Shown in pieces: positions 40,301 to 52,902 of a DNA stretch of 64,000 bases. The stretch is from positions 44,432,788 to 44,496,787 of the forward strand of contig CM120640.1 in the NCBI GenBank assembly GCA_051362555.1, written 5' to 3'. This DNA is from Lingula anatina (taxonomy: Eukaryota; Animalia; Brachiopoda). The notes beneath the pieces are model-generated. The model made no database searches. It was not told where the DNA came from and worked only from the letters and a program-made list of their open reading frames with translations. Each line of letters opens with the position of its first letter. Within the stretch, counting starts at the first letter, position 1. The position numbers and the translations under genes are program-made.

Positions 40301-43188
40301 GAGTTAGATTGATCCAGCTAGTACCATTGGTTAATGGGAATGCTCCCTATTACATCAGTTGTGATACCAGTAGCATGTGTTTTTGTCAAACCTGATTTTA
40401 TCACAATGAAATCAATCAATTAAATAAATTATGATAATCAAATTTATTTTCATGGTTTTTAAAAATATTATTTGAAGGGCATGGTCAAAGCAGATGATAT
40501 AAAATACTTGCTTCTCTGGTTCATGCCCAAGTCTCATAAGAATAACCTCATTTCCAAACAATTGTTTATAGTGCACTATTAGTACCACCAGTGTGTACTA
40601 GTTATTGTCTTTATTGCAAGAGATAGATGAATATTTCTGCAAAAGCCAGACACCTGTCAATAACTACATTCAGTTACAAAGAACAGAAGTTTCCAACCTC
40701 CTTAGGGAGGTATATGTAATATCAACTTTCAGGGCAACTTAAAAACCAGAAGCATGCATCTTTGCAGTCAACACATTTGGCATTTGAGATGTTTTTCATT
40801 GTAATTTATGTTCAAATTCCTGGAAACATAGAAATGCCTAGAGGGGATCAAATCTGTTCAATCACAGAATGTGTGAGTAACGCCATCCTACCAGGCATAC
40901 CAGGCACTTGCAATAGACAGCAAAACATGAATTTAATAAAACCACTCAATCACCTTTCCAATGAAGAAAAAAAACACTGACTTGGAGGCAAAGGGACAGT
41001 TACATAGATGCCTACATATACTGTTCAATATTCCATGTGACCTAAGGCATCAGATTTATTGATTACTCTTATTTTTTGTCACTGCTTCCAATTGCATGAC
41101 TACTTTGATAGCTGCCCAAAGTTTGAATTAAATTTTGAGCAAGGAGCAGCCAGCCTATGATGAAGTGAGAGAAGAGGCCCCTGTATACTATGTAGTTATC
41201 TGCACAGGTAAACCTATCATTCTTTAAGCCAACATAGGTATAGATAAAAGTGGACAATACAAGTTGCCAAAAGGATAAGAACCCATGTGCATCCAGTCAG
41301 AACTTGACAAATCGGTGACAAATATAGAGTGTAAAAGAGTGAAAAGAACTTGCACCATAAGATGATAGCATTCAAAGATGGGTTATTTTGAAATGCACTA
41401 TGCACAATGGAGGGTGGGGAGTTAAGTATTCCTGCCATGTAGTCTTTTAGTTTCTTTATTATTTCACTGTGGTAAAATTGGTTGTGGTTAGACTACAAAA
41501 CAGTGAATCATAAAGGTTTCCACTGAGCAAAAGTAAATACAGGTATAGACAAAGAAGCTACTACTTACCCTTATTTCAGGTGGGATAGGTGTTGGCATCC
41601 TTTCTTGGTTACCAAGGAGATTTGCAAGACTAGCCAAGACTGGTTCAGAAGCAAAAGCAACACTGTCACTGAAAAAAAAGATTCCAGAATTTAAGATTGC
41701 TTAGTTTATGATGAGAAACTTGAAATAATGAAGTTTTTCTAACACGTTTCATGTAATACATTTGCATCTTCATTTGGATTTTGATCTGACCAGTTTCATA
41801 GTCTATTGGAAACTCATGCCTATAAGCAGCCTAAGTACTCAGCAGTGAAAAACCAGAAAAAAATGGCCACATAAGTTGTTTTTAGGTGACTTTCCAACAG
41901 GTGTTGAAATTCAGAGTGACCATGATGCGTTTTCACTTTGATTTGTCTTTATATGGGCCTGTGTATATTTGTAGCAATATACTTACTAACACTCCTCAAT
42001 AGGGTGGTAAACCTGTAAAATCTGTGGATGCTGAAAACGCTCCAAGTTCTTGACACATTTACGCAATACTTCTGAAACGGCTTCTTTCCTTTTAGGCTTA
42101 TAAAGCTTGTCTGCTACCTTCTTGTCAAAGATGAACACAGAGGCTTCCTGAATTACAGCCATTTGATACTCTTAGAAATGGAAATAACTGTACTTTAAGA
42201 ATACAAAATTTCAATTGTCTGTCATTAGTTTTAAAAAATTCATCTCAATTAATTTGCCCTCTGAACAGGGCAACCATTTTAAAATCTACTTGGATACCAT
42301 TGACACTTGTACAGTACCAGGAACAGATCAGATTTACATCGAAGTTACCCAGCATTCATACCTTTTGATCACTTTTTCTCACAGCATCATAGATCTTCCA
42401 CACCATTTCTGGTCCTGCGCTGGCCACATGACGGCCAATGTCAAAGTGTTGAGTGATAGGATTGGTGCCATCACCTATCACTGCATTTTTGATCATAGAA
42501 AATACCTGCAAAAATAAAATAAAATAAAATATCCCTCCAATTAAGCACAATCCAGGAATAATAATAATAATAATAATAGATAGCATTTCTGAAGATGCAG
42601 TAAAATGGAAACTAAGATTTCTAATCAGAAAAAAATGCTTTTGTCACTAAAAGTAAATTAACCTTAATACATTAGCTAGCATTGCAACCACTGTTCTAGG
42701 ATAAAATTAAAAGAAAGATTTTCTGGATACAAATTTGAAATTTCTTATCATCTGCACTAGACAAAGATTAACTTGATAAATAAACACAGCAGCAAGTTAG
42801 TTCTTTTTTTTTTTTTTTTTTTGCAAAATCATGCAAGCAGAAATACTGTAGTTTTAGACTGCAGTATTATGCATAATGCACTGCGTGAACCTTGCATTAA
42901 GAGCAACCTTCCTGCATGTGTCTTATAATGAGAAACGTGTGAATCATGGTGATAATCACTTACTACCTAACTAATTGTACTCTATGTCCATGATGTTTCA
43001 TCACATGTAAAAAAGATTCTTTTAGAAAGGTTCAAATGCTATGCAAGCCATAAAGACAAGTCTAGGCAAAGTTGGCTATGTACTGTCACATAGCTGTGCA
43101 GAATAAAAACATTTTTTAGAATACTGAAGTTTCTTCGTAAGATGCACCTTTTCCATAGTATATAAGAAACAAAATACATTACCTCCAT
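15929..43188 (-). CDS. SCYL2: SCY1-like pseudokinase, SCYL2 family (invertebrate bma-like paralog): pseudokinase + HEAT repeats + low-complexity tail
   Basis: Exons (minus): 43188-43183, 42505-42362, 42147-41987, 41668-41569, 37259-37215, 34779-34639, 33553-33338, 32749-32633, 32209-32081, 31296-31117, 30787-30665, 29643-29530, 29163-29031, 28665-28547, 28131-28028, 26848-26756, 25261-25122, 23592-23515, 22063-21963, 18993-18793, 18073-17969, 15961-15929; sum 2583 nt = 860 aa + TAA, open throughout. Motifs NPITQHFDIGRHVASAG, SVFIFDKK, AFASEPVLASLANLLGN, EIKYGILQITEALSYLH, HGNVCP, GAWKLAG, DYIAPE, SDMYSMG match SCYL2. Tail exons (below 27 kb) rest on splice signals and phase only. Confidence 0.9.
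16456..16555. repeat. Perfect 30-bp inverted repeat forming a 100-nt hairpin
   Basis: AAAATGATGTGAATTTTTCTTCAGTCAACA (16456-16485) pairs with TGTTGACTGAAGAAAAATTCACATCATTTT (16526-16555); the spacer also pairs partly (AATATTG/CAATATT). Confidence 0.85.
16750..16784. repeat. (AAAT)n microsatellite
   Basis: Read directly. Confidence 0.9.
19255..19320. repeat. (AT)n microsatellite
   Basis: Read directly. Confidence 0.95.
26189..26408. mobile_element. Degenerate palindromic MITE related to 40122-40347
   Basis: Inner arms TGCAATCAGCTTAATTGAATAACA / TGTCATTCAGTTAAGCTTATTGCA; the right arm CAGAGTTGGGTTGATCCA...GGAATG resembles CAGAGTTAGATTGATCCA...GGGAATG at 40.3 kb. Confidence 0.6.
29164..29529 (-). 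other. Non-canonical GC-AG intron in the SCYL2-like gene
   Basis: Exon ...AAT GTC AAG|GCAAGT... joins ...TTTCAG|GTG AAG ATG AAT GCC, giving NNVK-VKMNALMC, collinear with SCYL2 (SLAVRVNSLVC). Read-through hits TGA after two codons. Confidence 0.88.
33708..33778. repeat. Short tandem duplication
   Basis: AAATGTAGCTG...AATCAAGTCACAAAGTCACA present twice. Confidence 0.7.
38275..38420. mobile_element. MITE with CTG TSD (PIF/Harbinger-like), full copy
   Basis: CTG|GGCCCGTAACTCGAAAGCATCG ... CGATGCTTTCGAGTTACGGGGCC|CTG; a partial second copy lies at about 44305-44400. Confidence 0.8.
40122..40347. mobile_element. Palindromic MITE (PIF/Harbinger-like)
   Basis: Arms GCATTCCCATAAACCCATTGTACCAGCTGGATCGATTTAACTCTGT / ACAGAGTTAGATTGATCCAGCTAGTACCATTGGTTAATGGGAATGC; inner pair TGTCTGGCAC / GTGCCAGACA. 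Confidence 0.75.
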
Positions 43189-43288
43189 TGTTCTTCTGCG
43201 ACATGGTAGAGGGTTACGGGGACTTCATGTCAAATGTGCTCAGTTCAGAAAATGGGAGGAACTCCTTTCAACACAGAAACTGGCAAAG
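43189..43288 (-). other. 5'UTR part of the ATG-containing exon of the SCYL2-like gene
   Basis: Acceptor GCATTTTAG|CTTTGCC at 43289/43288 after a poly-T tract; an in-frame TGA lies upstream of ATG 43188; contains two upstream ATGs. Confidence 0.65.
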
Positions 43289-44304
43289 CTAAAATGCAAT
43301 TAAGAAAAAAAAAAACATATGGTTAGTTAATTCTGCTGTGAGATAAATGTAGCAATTATGAAGCAATACCCAAAAATTTAGCAGTTATCATATTTCTGAA
43401 AAAAAAAGACAAATCATACATCATATCTTGTAACAAATTTCTGTCTCTTGCCACGTCATCTATGTCCAAATATATGGTGCATTAACACACACTAGCTCAC
43501 AGCGATAGTTTTCACACTGCCATGTATTTAAATAAATAACACCATTTCATTTCCTCAATCTGATGAGCTTCTTTGTCAAAACACCTGTTTTAATAATGGT
43601 CTAGGCTCATCCGGTTTTCTCCTCTATGTGTTCACACTGTGCGGTTGCCCCGATCCCGAGGTCACATAATACTGGAAATACCAAGGCCTTCCAGCAGTCA
43701 ATCCAATCAATTTGGTTTTGACACTCCATTTATAATTCCCAGTTAAATCATCCTGTGGGAAGCCGACTTCCTTCCACATACATGGTGATATGAGGGTGGT
43801 AGTGGGAATTGTAGGATAGTTTTACTCTAAAAGGCCTAGCTAGTTTGTCATTTATGCCACAGAGAGAGATCAAAAAGATAAAAATTGTCTACATATAGCT
43901 CTAATACAACTAATCCAATAAAAGACAAGTTTAAGCATTAAACTCTTCATAAACACTTGGCATGTTATTTTTTTTTTATCAAGAACTTACAGACTAGAGC
44001 TTCCTTTTTCAATCTATTTTTGAAGCCTTCATTTCTCACTAATACAAAAATGTCTCGGATTCTGAGAAATATTGAATGAAACCTATCTACAGGTAAATGT
44101 ATTCAAACAAATAGGACGGATTCAATGATGATAATGTTGTTTCATTCCGAGTAAAAAAATAAGACTCCAAGATTATAATTATCATCATGTGTGTGTGTAT
44201 GTTAATACTGAGTAGAATAGTAGCACAGCAGTAATTTTGAATTCAGAGCAGAAATATTAGCTTCACCAATAGTTGAGCTAGCTCTGCCCAGCATAAGCTC
44301 ATGC

Positions 44305-44400
44305 CAGTCTTGATTCCATAACTCGCCCATACAATACATTGTAGCCTCTATGTGATATTGCTATTCGCAATACGCGATGCTTTAGAGTTATGGGGCCCTG
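44305..44400. mobile_element. Truncated copy of the 38275-38420 MITE
   Basis: Shares GATTCCATAACTCGC, AATACATTGTAGCCTCTATGTGATAT.GCTATTCGCAATA.GCGATGCTTT.GAGTTA.GGGGCCCTG in the same orientation; left TIR missing. Confidence 0.8.
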
Positions 44401-44744
44401 CCCTACAATGGCAAAAAAAAAAAAAAAGAAAAAACAACTTCTAACTATGAACAAAGATAACCACTTTGCAGATGAAACTTACTGATATCAATTCTGAACC
44501 AAAATGGTGAAATCTTTGTTGTATACATTTGGTTTAAATCTCTTTCTTCATATTGCCAGAAATAGCCCTGAATTATGCATCCTTAGGTACATTTGGAAAT
44601 TATTTCTTTTCAAAACTATGTATTTTGAGAAGCCTAGGAGTGACCCATAGAAAAAAAAAATGAAAAATGAACAAAAATGTTATAAATTCAAGGAAAGTAA
44701 TACAGTCAGGTGTTTTTTTTTATAACTCAAGCTGTATCTGTTTC

Positions 44745-45200
44745 CTACGAATCATTCACCCAAGTTTGAGAATAATAAGTAACAATATTCCTTTTTGTGC
44801 ACACAATTTTTCTTTTTGTGTTTCCTATGACAGAGCACAAATATAGGCGTTTGTCAATTTTGATGCAATATTACATTATACATCACAGTGTGATTACCAT
44901 TAGTTTTTAATTATGTACTAGTACTACTATCACAGTGGACATTCAGAAAATGATACTAGCAGTAGGCTTCAGACCCATGACAAGTCAAAGTCACACATGG
45001 AAAACCTAAATTGGGGAAAAATAAAAAACTCAAACTTTATTTTAGCCCTTTAAATCATTCCTGAAAGTTTGAGAATAATGAGTAACGTCTTTCCTTTATT
45101 GTGATTACAAACAAAATGTACACAGCAACCCATATGGCGACTATGACAATGACAGCAACGACAGATGCAGGTGATCACTTTATGTCAAGACACACTAACT
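44745..45200 (+). mobile_element. Probable Helentron/HINE-like relic
   Basis: Subunit AATCATTC...AAGTTTGAGAATAAT.AGTAAC occurs at about 44750 and about 45053, followed by a GAC-rich degenerate microsatellite (GACTATGACAATGACAGCAACGACAGA). Confidence 0.4.
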
Positions 45201-47728
45201 ATATCTCTATAAAAATATAAATGACTCAATCTCTGTCTGAATTGCCTTGCTGTCCATTTTTATTTTTTCTTTTGCACAGTGTGTAGATTCATTATGTTAC
45301 ACTATATTGTGACGCACTGGTCTTATCATTACATCATTAAGCCAACACTGGCCTACAATACTCATCAAGAAATACATTTAAGAGAGAGAGAGAACCTTTG
45401 TCATGTGCAGTGCACAGAAGGTTAAGAGGGGATTCTTAAATCAATACATCCGCATCCGCAAGCATGCGTGGGTGTTGACAAATGGATTGCTGTAGTCTTG
45501 CCTTTTCTGGCTGGTTTACCATCAATGGTGAAAAAAACACTCAGAAACAGATCAGCAGGTGATTCTTCTCCCTCAGCTGACAGTATTCCTGGAATTAAAC
45601 TGCTCAACAAAACATTTTAGAATCAACAGCTCTAAAAGCACAGATGGATGATACATCTTTAGCACTAACCATAATCATTCTTCTTGGAAAAAACTGGAAG
45701 CAGAAAGAATTATAGGACTGATGAGGTCAAATTCCTAAATCCATTGAAAAGCATTCAATGTAAATTAACGATGAACTAATTTAATGTTACTTTTATTACA
45801 AACCTTATGAAAACTGGATGTGTCTTATTGGTGTCCTTTAAAAAAAAGGCAGCCAAACTTGCAAATGTACAGTAACATTAGTTACCAATAGCAACCAATA
45901 GTAACTTTGTAATTAAGCAGTGTGTCATTTGTGAAACAAAAATGAGGATATGCCCATTCCCTTTTGTCTGTAAATATTCTTTTCTTTATCTACTGAATGT
46001 CATAAATATCCAGTGGCTTTAGTTTACTTGACACTGCCCCCCCCCCCCCCATCCCCCCATTTTTCATAACTATTTTGGTTATCCTTGTTTGAAAAGATGC
46101 GTGGCATCATCCAATAGAATAGATAACAGATTCACATGATTTGAAAAACATAAACGTACTTCACTCTAAATCAATTAACTAAGCTCTGCTAAGTACAGTA
46201 TCATGAAAATAACTTTTTTTTCAAAATTCAGCCATAATTTATAGCAGGGAATTATATCCAATATAATTCCCTGTTTATAGTAAGTATTTTTAACAGTCTA
46301 CAGTCTGTGCCAAAACCTTTTTAGCAACAAGACACTCAAGCAATCAGGATCTAGCATAATATTATTATTAGTTCATAAGAAAATTTGATGCAGTGACATG
46401 GTTATAACTGTAAAGCTAGATTTAAAAAAAAATAGACAGCAAAGTTAGCAAATATACAGACACTTATCAGAAAACAGTCATTCCCATTGCTCCATTTTAA
46501 CCTTGACGCACACAGTAAACAATAACTATAATGGTAAAATGATCTTACCATGCTGATTTATGAAGGAAACCTGCTTTTTTTATCAAACAAAGCCAATCTA
46601 CCAGTAAAAAATCTTATGAAAAACAAAAATATACTTTGTCAATATTAGTGTTACTGCTGTGCTGTTAACAAACAACTTGAATAAACTGAACAATATTTAT
46701 TCCTCTTCTGAACACTGTGAACCTTGATATCTGTATACCGTAAACATATAAATATACTGTAATATACGTGTACTGGTACTTGTACTTATAGCTTTCCTAA
46801 GCTGACAAAAACATCCACAATGGTCTTTTACAGTGACCAAACCATCAACTGGTTGTTCGTGCACTCATGCCATCATATCACACCCAAAGATAGCTCACAA
46901 GATTAGAGTGAGAACATGAAAACTACTCCTAGCGCGAGAGCTACTCATGCAGTAACAATTAGAAAACAACAGATGTGTTAAACAGTGATGGCAACAATAT
47001 AAACCAACAGTGTTCAGGATTTAAAAAACACATTTTGTGACTTTACATAATGAAATATGAAAAAGGGAATGTATGTATAATGTATGTTTAAAAAACAATT
47101 ACAATTTTGATAAAATTTAACTTTATTCTAAATAAAATTATTGGTATGAAAAAAATTGAATGCTCTTTGAAATGAAACCATTTCCAGATGGAGAACAGGT
47201 GTTATTGCATCTCACATAATGGCTGATAATGAACACAAGTCTTTTTCAACAAGCTAATGTATTTAACCATATAATAAACTGCCATGGAGGCTGGACTGCT
47301 AATTGACTGCATAACAGACTGCTAGGGAAGACTGAAAAGAAGATAAAAGCCAGCTAACAGCAGACAGTATATGTACTGGCTGGATTATGACTTCCTTCCT
47401 ATGGCAAAAGTTAGCAGCTAGATACAATTGGCATATGTTCATAAAGGTTGATTGGAAACAGAACTGACAGTGAAGAATATTGGAATTTAATATGAATAAC
47501 ATTGTCTCTACATAAATGGTCTGAAAAAAAATCATTGAATAGAATTTTGGTCTGGTACCATCTAGAAATTAATGTCTTGATCATCCTGGTATATTTAAAT
47601 CAATATTACAAAATGTTTGTATTATAAAACAATAAAAATGAAGCCCAGTGCCTGCCTTGCACATCTAAATGATATGTAGCTTCTAAACCATGAATTCAAA
47701 TTGGCAAGCTGATCTACAAAATGCAACA

Positions 47729-48373
47729 AACAAGAGGTCTCTAGCATTAACGTTAACAGTTCCAGAATTAGAGAGAGTTTTCAGTTTTGGCATCTAATGG
47801 CTGCTTCTCCCGTGATAATACACCCACTGACCCCAAACCTAAGAAGATGAAAGATGACCCAAGTTTAACATCTGCCCATAATATTAAAGGTTAAGTCCAT
47901 GTCTATAGTTTTAAAAAATTGGCACAAATAATTTTTTTGCAAAAGAAAAAGAGAATTATTACAAAAATATGGACTGTTTGACCTTGAAATAAAGGTCAAA
48001 GGTCAATCCAAGAGCATATTTGAAATTTCCACATGACTTTTGGACAGGCATCTATAGTAATTTTTCCCATATTTCCTTTGGTTTGGGAGATATTTAGCAT
48101 TTAATTTTGCAAATTTTGGACAAGGGTACATTGTGACAAGTGCCACACCTAGACCAGTGCATTGACAAAGCCCAAAATTTACATGGTTCGAGTTGAGATT
48201 ATATGTGACCTACATACAAGAGATGGGAACACAGAATCTTGTAGTCTAAGAGGGGAAGCGGTAACGGTGATGTGAGGACACACCCCGTGGAGCAGGCAGA
48301 CCCAGTGGAGCTGGTGGACAAGACATGTCAGGACTAAAACCATGTGTACTGCCAGTGCCGCACTGGTAGTACA
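47729..48373 (+). mobile_element. Probable Helentron/HINE-like non-autonomous element
   Basis: Starts AACAAGAGG, contains TGACCTTGAAATAAAGGTCAAAGGTCA and ends with the hairpin TGTACTGCCAGTGCCGCACTGGTAGTACA (48345-48373). Confidence 0.5.
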
Positions 48374-48378
48374 GTTAA

Positions 48379-48718
48379 AGGGATAATAACTCTTCGTTTC
48401 GGCCAAAAAATGAATTTTCCTGGAGTAAGCAACAATTTTCCCATACTTACCAATGGTTAATGAAGCCATTTTTACATTCAAAGCTAGTCCCTGGTTTTTT
48501 TCTAAAAAGTTTGTTTTTTTGTTAAAATCTCTTAAGAGATTTTAACAGAGTATAGCCATCAGTGGAGGTCATGTGGTCTAAAGACAAGCTCAGATATCAG
48601 AAAAAATACCTATAACTGCCGTTTTTGTGGTAAAACAGAATATATTATATTTCTATGAGTTATATTTACAATGTTTTTATTGTGAAATATAGATCTCATA
48701 CGAAGAGTTATTATCCCT
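48379..48718. mobile_element. Kolobok-like non-autonomous DNA transposon
   Basis: TTAA TSD (48375-48378, 48719-48722); perfect 19-bp TIR AGGGATAATAACTCTTCGT / ACGAAGAGTTATTATCCCT. AG...CT ends with a TTAA target fit Kolobok rather than piggyBac. Confidence 0.82.
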
Positions 48719-50292
48719 TTAAGATACTTCAGAAAAAAGATAAGGTAATGATTCTGAAGAGAGCAGTATGATAATATATGTATGACACACGTTTATCACA
48801 GAAAATTACAGCTTCTGAATGAATGCTGAAGCTCATTTTATATAACACTTGATTACCATTTTAAAAGAACAACCAATTTTTATAACACTAATTTCAGGAC
48901 AACAAACTCCTCGTGAATAATGAAATCACACATGAAAGTTCCCAACCATCAATACATTGATTGTGACTTGAGGAGTATTTTTCTATCACCAAATCAATGT
49001 ATGCATACAGAGGCAATCAATGAATGGAAATAACCAGTTTTAACAACAGTTTACCATTACTAGTCACTTGCAGCAATCCATTATAACACTACATTATACT
49101 TATTGGTTCCCTGTATTTTAGGGAAACAGAACACAACAAACAAATGAAGAATGGTTACTTTCAATATATGCCAAACCATATTCTTTCCACTCAAAGCAAA
49201 ATCAAATCAATAGAAGCTACAAGCAAAATGTTTGGTAGACAGTATCATTTGAAAATTCCCTGAAATTCAAACATTATAGCTTTGAATTACCTGTACCAAT
49301 CTGCACACATATAAGGTGTAATTTTCACATTTAAAGTGTAATTTATCGAAGTATAGTTATTAACTGTCCTACTTCAGACTTAATCCACCTAATTGTGCCA
49401 CTTCTAAATGGCCAGCAGACAGGCCTTTAAGTATAGGGAATCCCTCATGCATACTCTTCTTTCATTGAAATTGCATTCCTGCAATAGTTTATGAGAATGC
49501 AATACAATCCTCTTCTGTTTATATGGAGCCAATTGGCCGATTATTTAATTGTTCCTAATCAAAGGCAAGCAGTCTCTGATTACTTTGTTTTATAAATTTT
49601 TAATGTTTATTGACTCTGGGATTTGCTATAAATAAGCCTCATTAGTCCACACCTAGTTCCTCACTGTCTGCTGCTCTCTACTTTTATTGACCCTGTCTCT
49701 TCCTAGGTATCTCAGAAACCAACTTCATTGCATCGCCAGGTGGTTCACGTTTCACTGGCACACCTTTCTCAAGGGGGTTATGGAGAATACAAATATAAAG
49801 TACTAGTTACTGTAATCCTATTATCGCCAAATCAATTCCTACCATACTACTACACCATGCTGCCACACCAACTGAATAGAATGAGTGGAGCGATGGAGGA
49901 CTGTTCAAAGGACTATACACACAGTTGTTTTATCGACGCTTGTAGGTTTTTTTTCTCACTGAATAAAATTAAAAGTCTACTTAAACTGTAGATTCAGTCA
50001 GCTTAGCATGACTCATCTTACTTTAAAGCCAAAGCAGAAGGTGAAGCTCACGGAGCTCACACTCAATTGTGCAAAGTAATTGTTGTGGAGCAAGATAAGT
50101 GCTTCTCTGAATAATGACACGATCGAAGACATTGAGCAAAACTTTTGTAATGCAACTTCTAAAATTGCCAACTTGAGTACTTGAACAACACCCCAAAAAC
50201 TCAACAGAATAGCAATTGTAAATTGGATGGTTGCACATGTCCTTTACATTTCCCGCTTATTTTTCATCTGCAACAGCAGACTTCAAGATGAA

Positions 50293-50499
50293 TATAGTAA
50301 TGACTCAATCTTTTCAACGGGAAAAATTGTAAATTTTACAGATGCTGTATATTTTAATTGATAGATTCTTAAAGTTTGAACATTCTTATTCAGTTGTAGC
50401 AATGCAGGCTACCCACATATGCTATTTTAATGATAGTAAAATTATGTATCTGAAAAATTGATAATTTTTACCCATTGAAAAACTCGAGTCATTGCCATA
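50293..50499. mobile_element. Degenerate MITE with about 50-bp inverted arms
   Basis: AATGACTCAATCTTTTCAACGGGAAAAATTGTAAATTTTACAGAT mirrors ATCTGAAAAATTGATAATTTTTACCCATTGAAAAACTCGAGTCATT. Confidence 0.65.
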
Positions 50500-52731
50500 C
50501 ATTTTGGTCATTGTTCTAACCATATTTAAACCAATCCCAATTTTGAACTACTCAACAGATTTTCTGAGTATTAAATACCAACTGTTGTCTACTTAATTGC
50601 CATGGTGGAAAATTTGATATGTTTTTCTTTATTATAGTAAATACCTATAACCAAACATTGGGTATATTAAGTTCCAAGACAATCACGTTTCACCATGTAG
50701 TGCTAAATAATCCAACATATGGGCTACAACGAGCACCAGTGTTGATAATTAGGTTCTGATATTCTTTTTCTACCATGATACACTGCTAGTAAGAACTCAA
50801 ATAACCTCAGCGACTTGTTATATTTCAAGTCACTTTGGCATATCAATCAGAGTTTCTCTCTAATGGGTCCTAATGCAACTTGGAGGATGACTGCTGTTTT
50901 TTGCAGCCACTACCCAACAAGCATTGCAGAATCACAGGACTTCTTTGGCATTAAGTACATATGTAGAGGCTGAGGCAGGTTATATAGCATACAATGGAAG
51001 GTCATATTTAGTTTCGACACTAATGCATCATAGATGTCTTAAATGTGCTGAGAAAAAAATCTAGGAGAAATGATTAATTCACGTAAAAAAAAAAAAAAAA
51101 AAACTGAAAAAATATCAGTGTTTTAAATCTGGTGGTGATGGCCCCCAAATTGTTCCAAATAGATCACTCATACTTGTCAATGCACACAGTTCCATAAAGC
51201 ACAATTGTTCTGTCAGTGTTGATCTAGTCACTTGTTACTGCTCAGAACCAGAATCAACAGAATTACATGTTCAAAATGCTTGGCTCCTTTACCTGTTGTG
51301 TGTGTGTGTGCACGTGCATGCACTTGCTGTCACTGTGCCTTAGTATTTTGATATTTAGATCCCCTAGTGAGATATATAGTTATCCAGAAACTCATAAAGA
51401 TGCAGAGGTTTTATGGTTATATGCTGATAATGAAAGTAGCCTAATTTGGTAATGGCTTGTTCAGCAACCAAATACTCCCCAGAGAAACAATCAAGCACAT
51501 AACAAGCTCATGTTTATATTAAATTACAAGGTTTTTCATTTCCATTTATTAAATAAGTAATTTTTTTATTATTTCTTTTCATATTACTAATTATAACATA
51601 CCAAACATAAGTTTGTTCATAAAACAACATGTGAGGTATCACCAAGAATTGTTAAAACTTACAATCATTTCAATTACTAATTTTTCTTTTTGTCAACAAT
51701 ACTCATGCCAAACCTACATATGATTACTACTATTGGCCAAGACGTTAAAAATTTAATATTTTTTATCAAGAACACACATTCAGGACATGCATCCATTTTG
51801 TGAAATACATACTTTTAACATATAATTATTTTAATGGCCATCTGACTGAAACTATACACCTGCTAATGAGTATACACTCAATAAAAATGTTCTCATTTAC
51901 CATTGTAAGCCTTGATTTTCAGATGAATTTAAGAGTTTTTTTAAATTTGCCACAAAAGTGACTTCAAGACTTACCTACAATATGCATTAATCCAATTCAC
52001 AGTGTATCATGAGTTCAACAGAGGTCAAGCTATCCTTGAGGATGGTTTCCAGTGAGATAAAGACCAGGTAAGCTTCCTCAATGTGTAGATGATTTGTTCT
52101 GACCTGTTCTACCAGATTACAAGTACATCACAGCCTGGAAAAAAGAAAATTGCTATTTTAACAAAAGATGACTGATCATAAAAGTACAAGAGGTGATTAA
52201 AGTATAATATAGCACAGACATTCAAGACCTTCGTTTATTGCCACCTAGAGTGACATGAATACAATCAATATATTCCTTATGCAGCAGTGTAAAAAATAAT
52301 ATATATCAGCCACTACACACACCTCCAGTCCACAAATTTTCCATGAAATCAGAATGGATTATACACATACTCACAATTTCAATGAATTCTAGAACATTCT
52401 AAGTTCTGAGCATTCTGAGCCTAAGGGCACCAACCTACACCTAGCTGCGACATACAGCACAGTATCTAATTGCAGTTATTGCATCGTATAACTAATTTAT
52501 TTCCCACAAACTATTTCATTTTTGTCTGTCTGTCTGTTGTAAATTGCAAGGTAACCGATAAGATACCAACAGACATTCAAATAACTTTCAGAAAAGCCTA
52601 GGAAAGGACAGACTATTAATTAGATTTTTTGGAAAGAAATTCTAGCACTATAATGCACTGAGAATTTTTTTAAAGTTATTAACCCTTGTTTACCAGTTAT
52701 GCCTGAAATACAAATCTTTTACAGTATAACA

Positions 52732-52902
52732 CAGGGGTGGACCCAGAGATATTTTCTGACAGTCTTCCAAATTATTTTTGTTGATCCATCCTCCAATTTT
52801 GACATCTTCCAACAGAACAAATTAGATTCCCCTCAATGTAATCTTGAAAATCTGACCGTCTTCCTGAAGACCCAGAATTAAGATGGCCTAAATCCACCCC
52901 TG
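52732..52902. mobile_element. MITE with 5-bp TSD, hAT5-like, copy 2
   Basis: Ends CAGGGGTGGACCCAG...CCTAAATCCACCCCTG; TSD TAACA at 52727-52731 and 52903-52907; internal sequence is the reverse complement of 219-386 (for example AGAGATATTTTCTGACAGTCTTCCAA). Confidence 0.82.
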
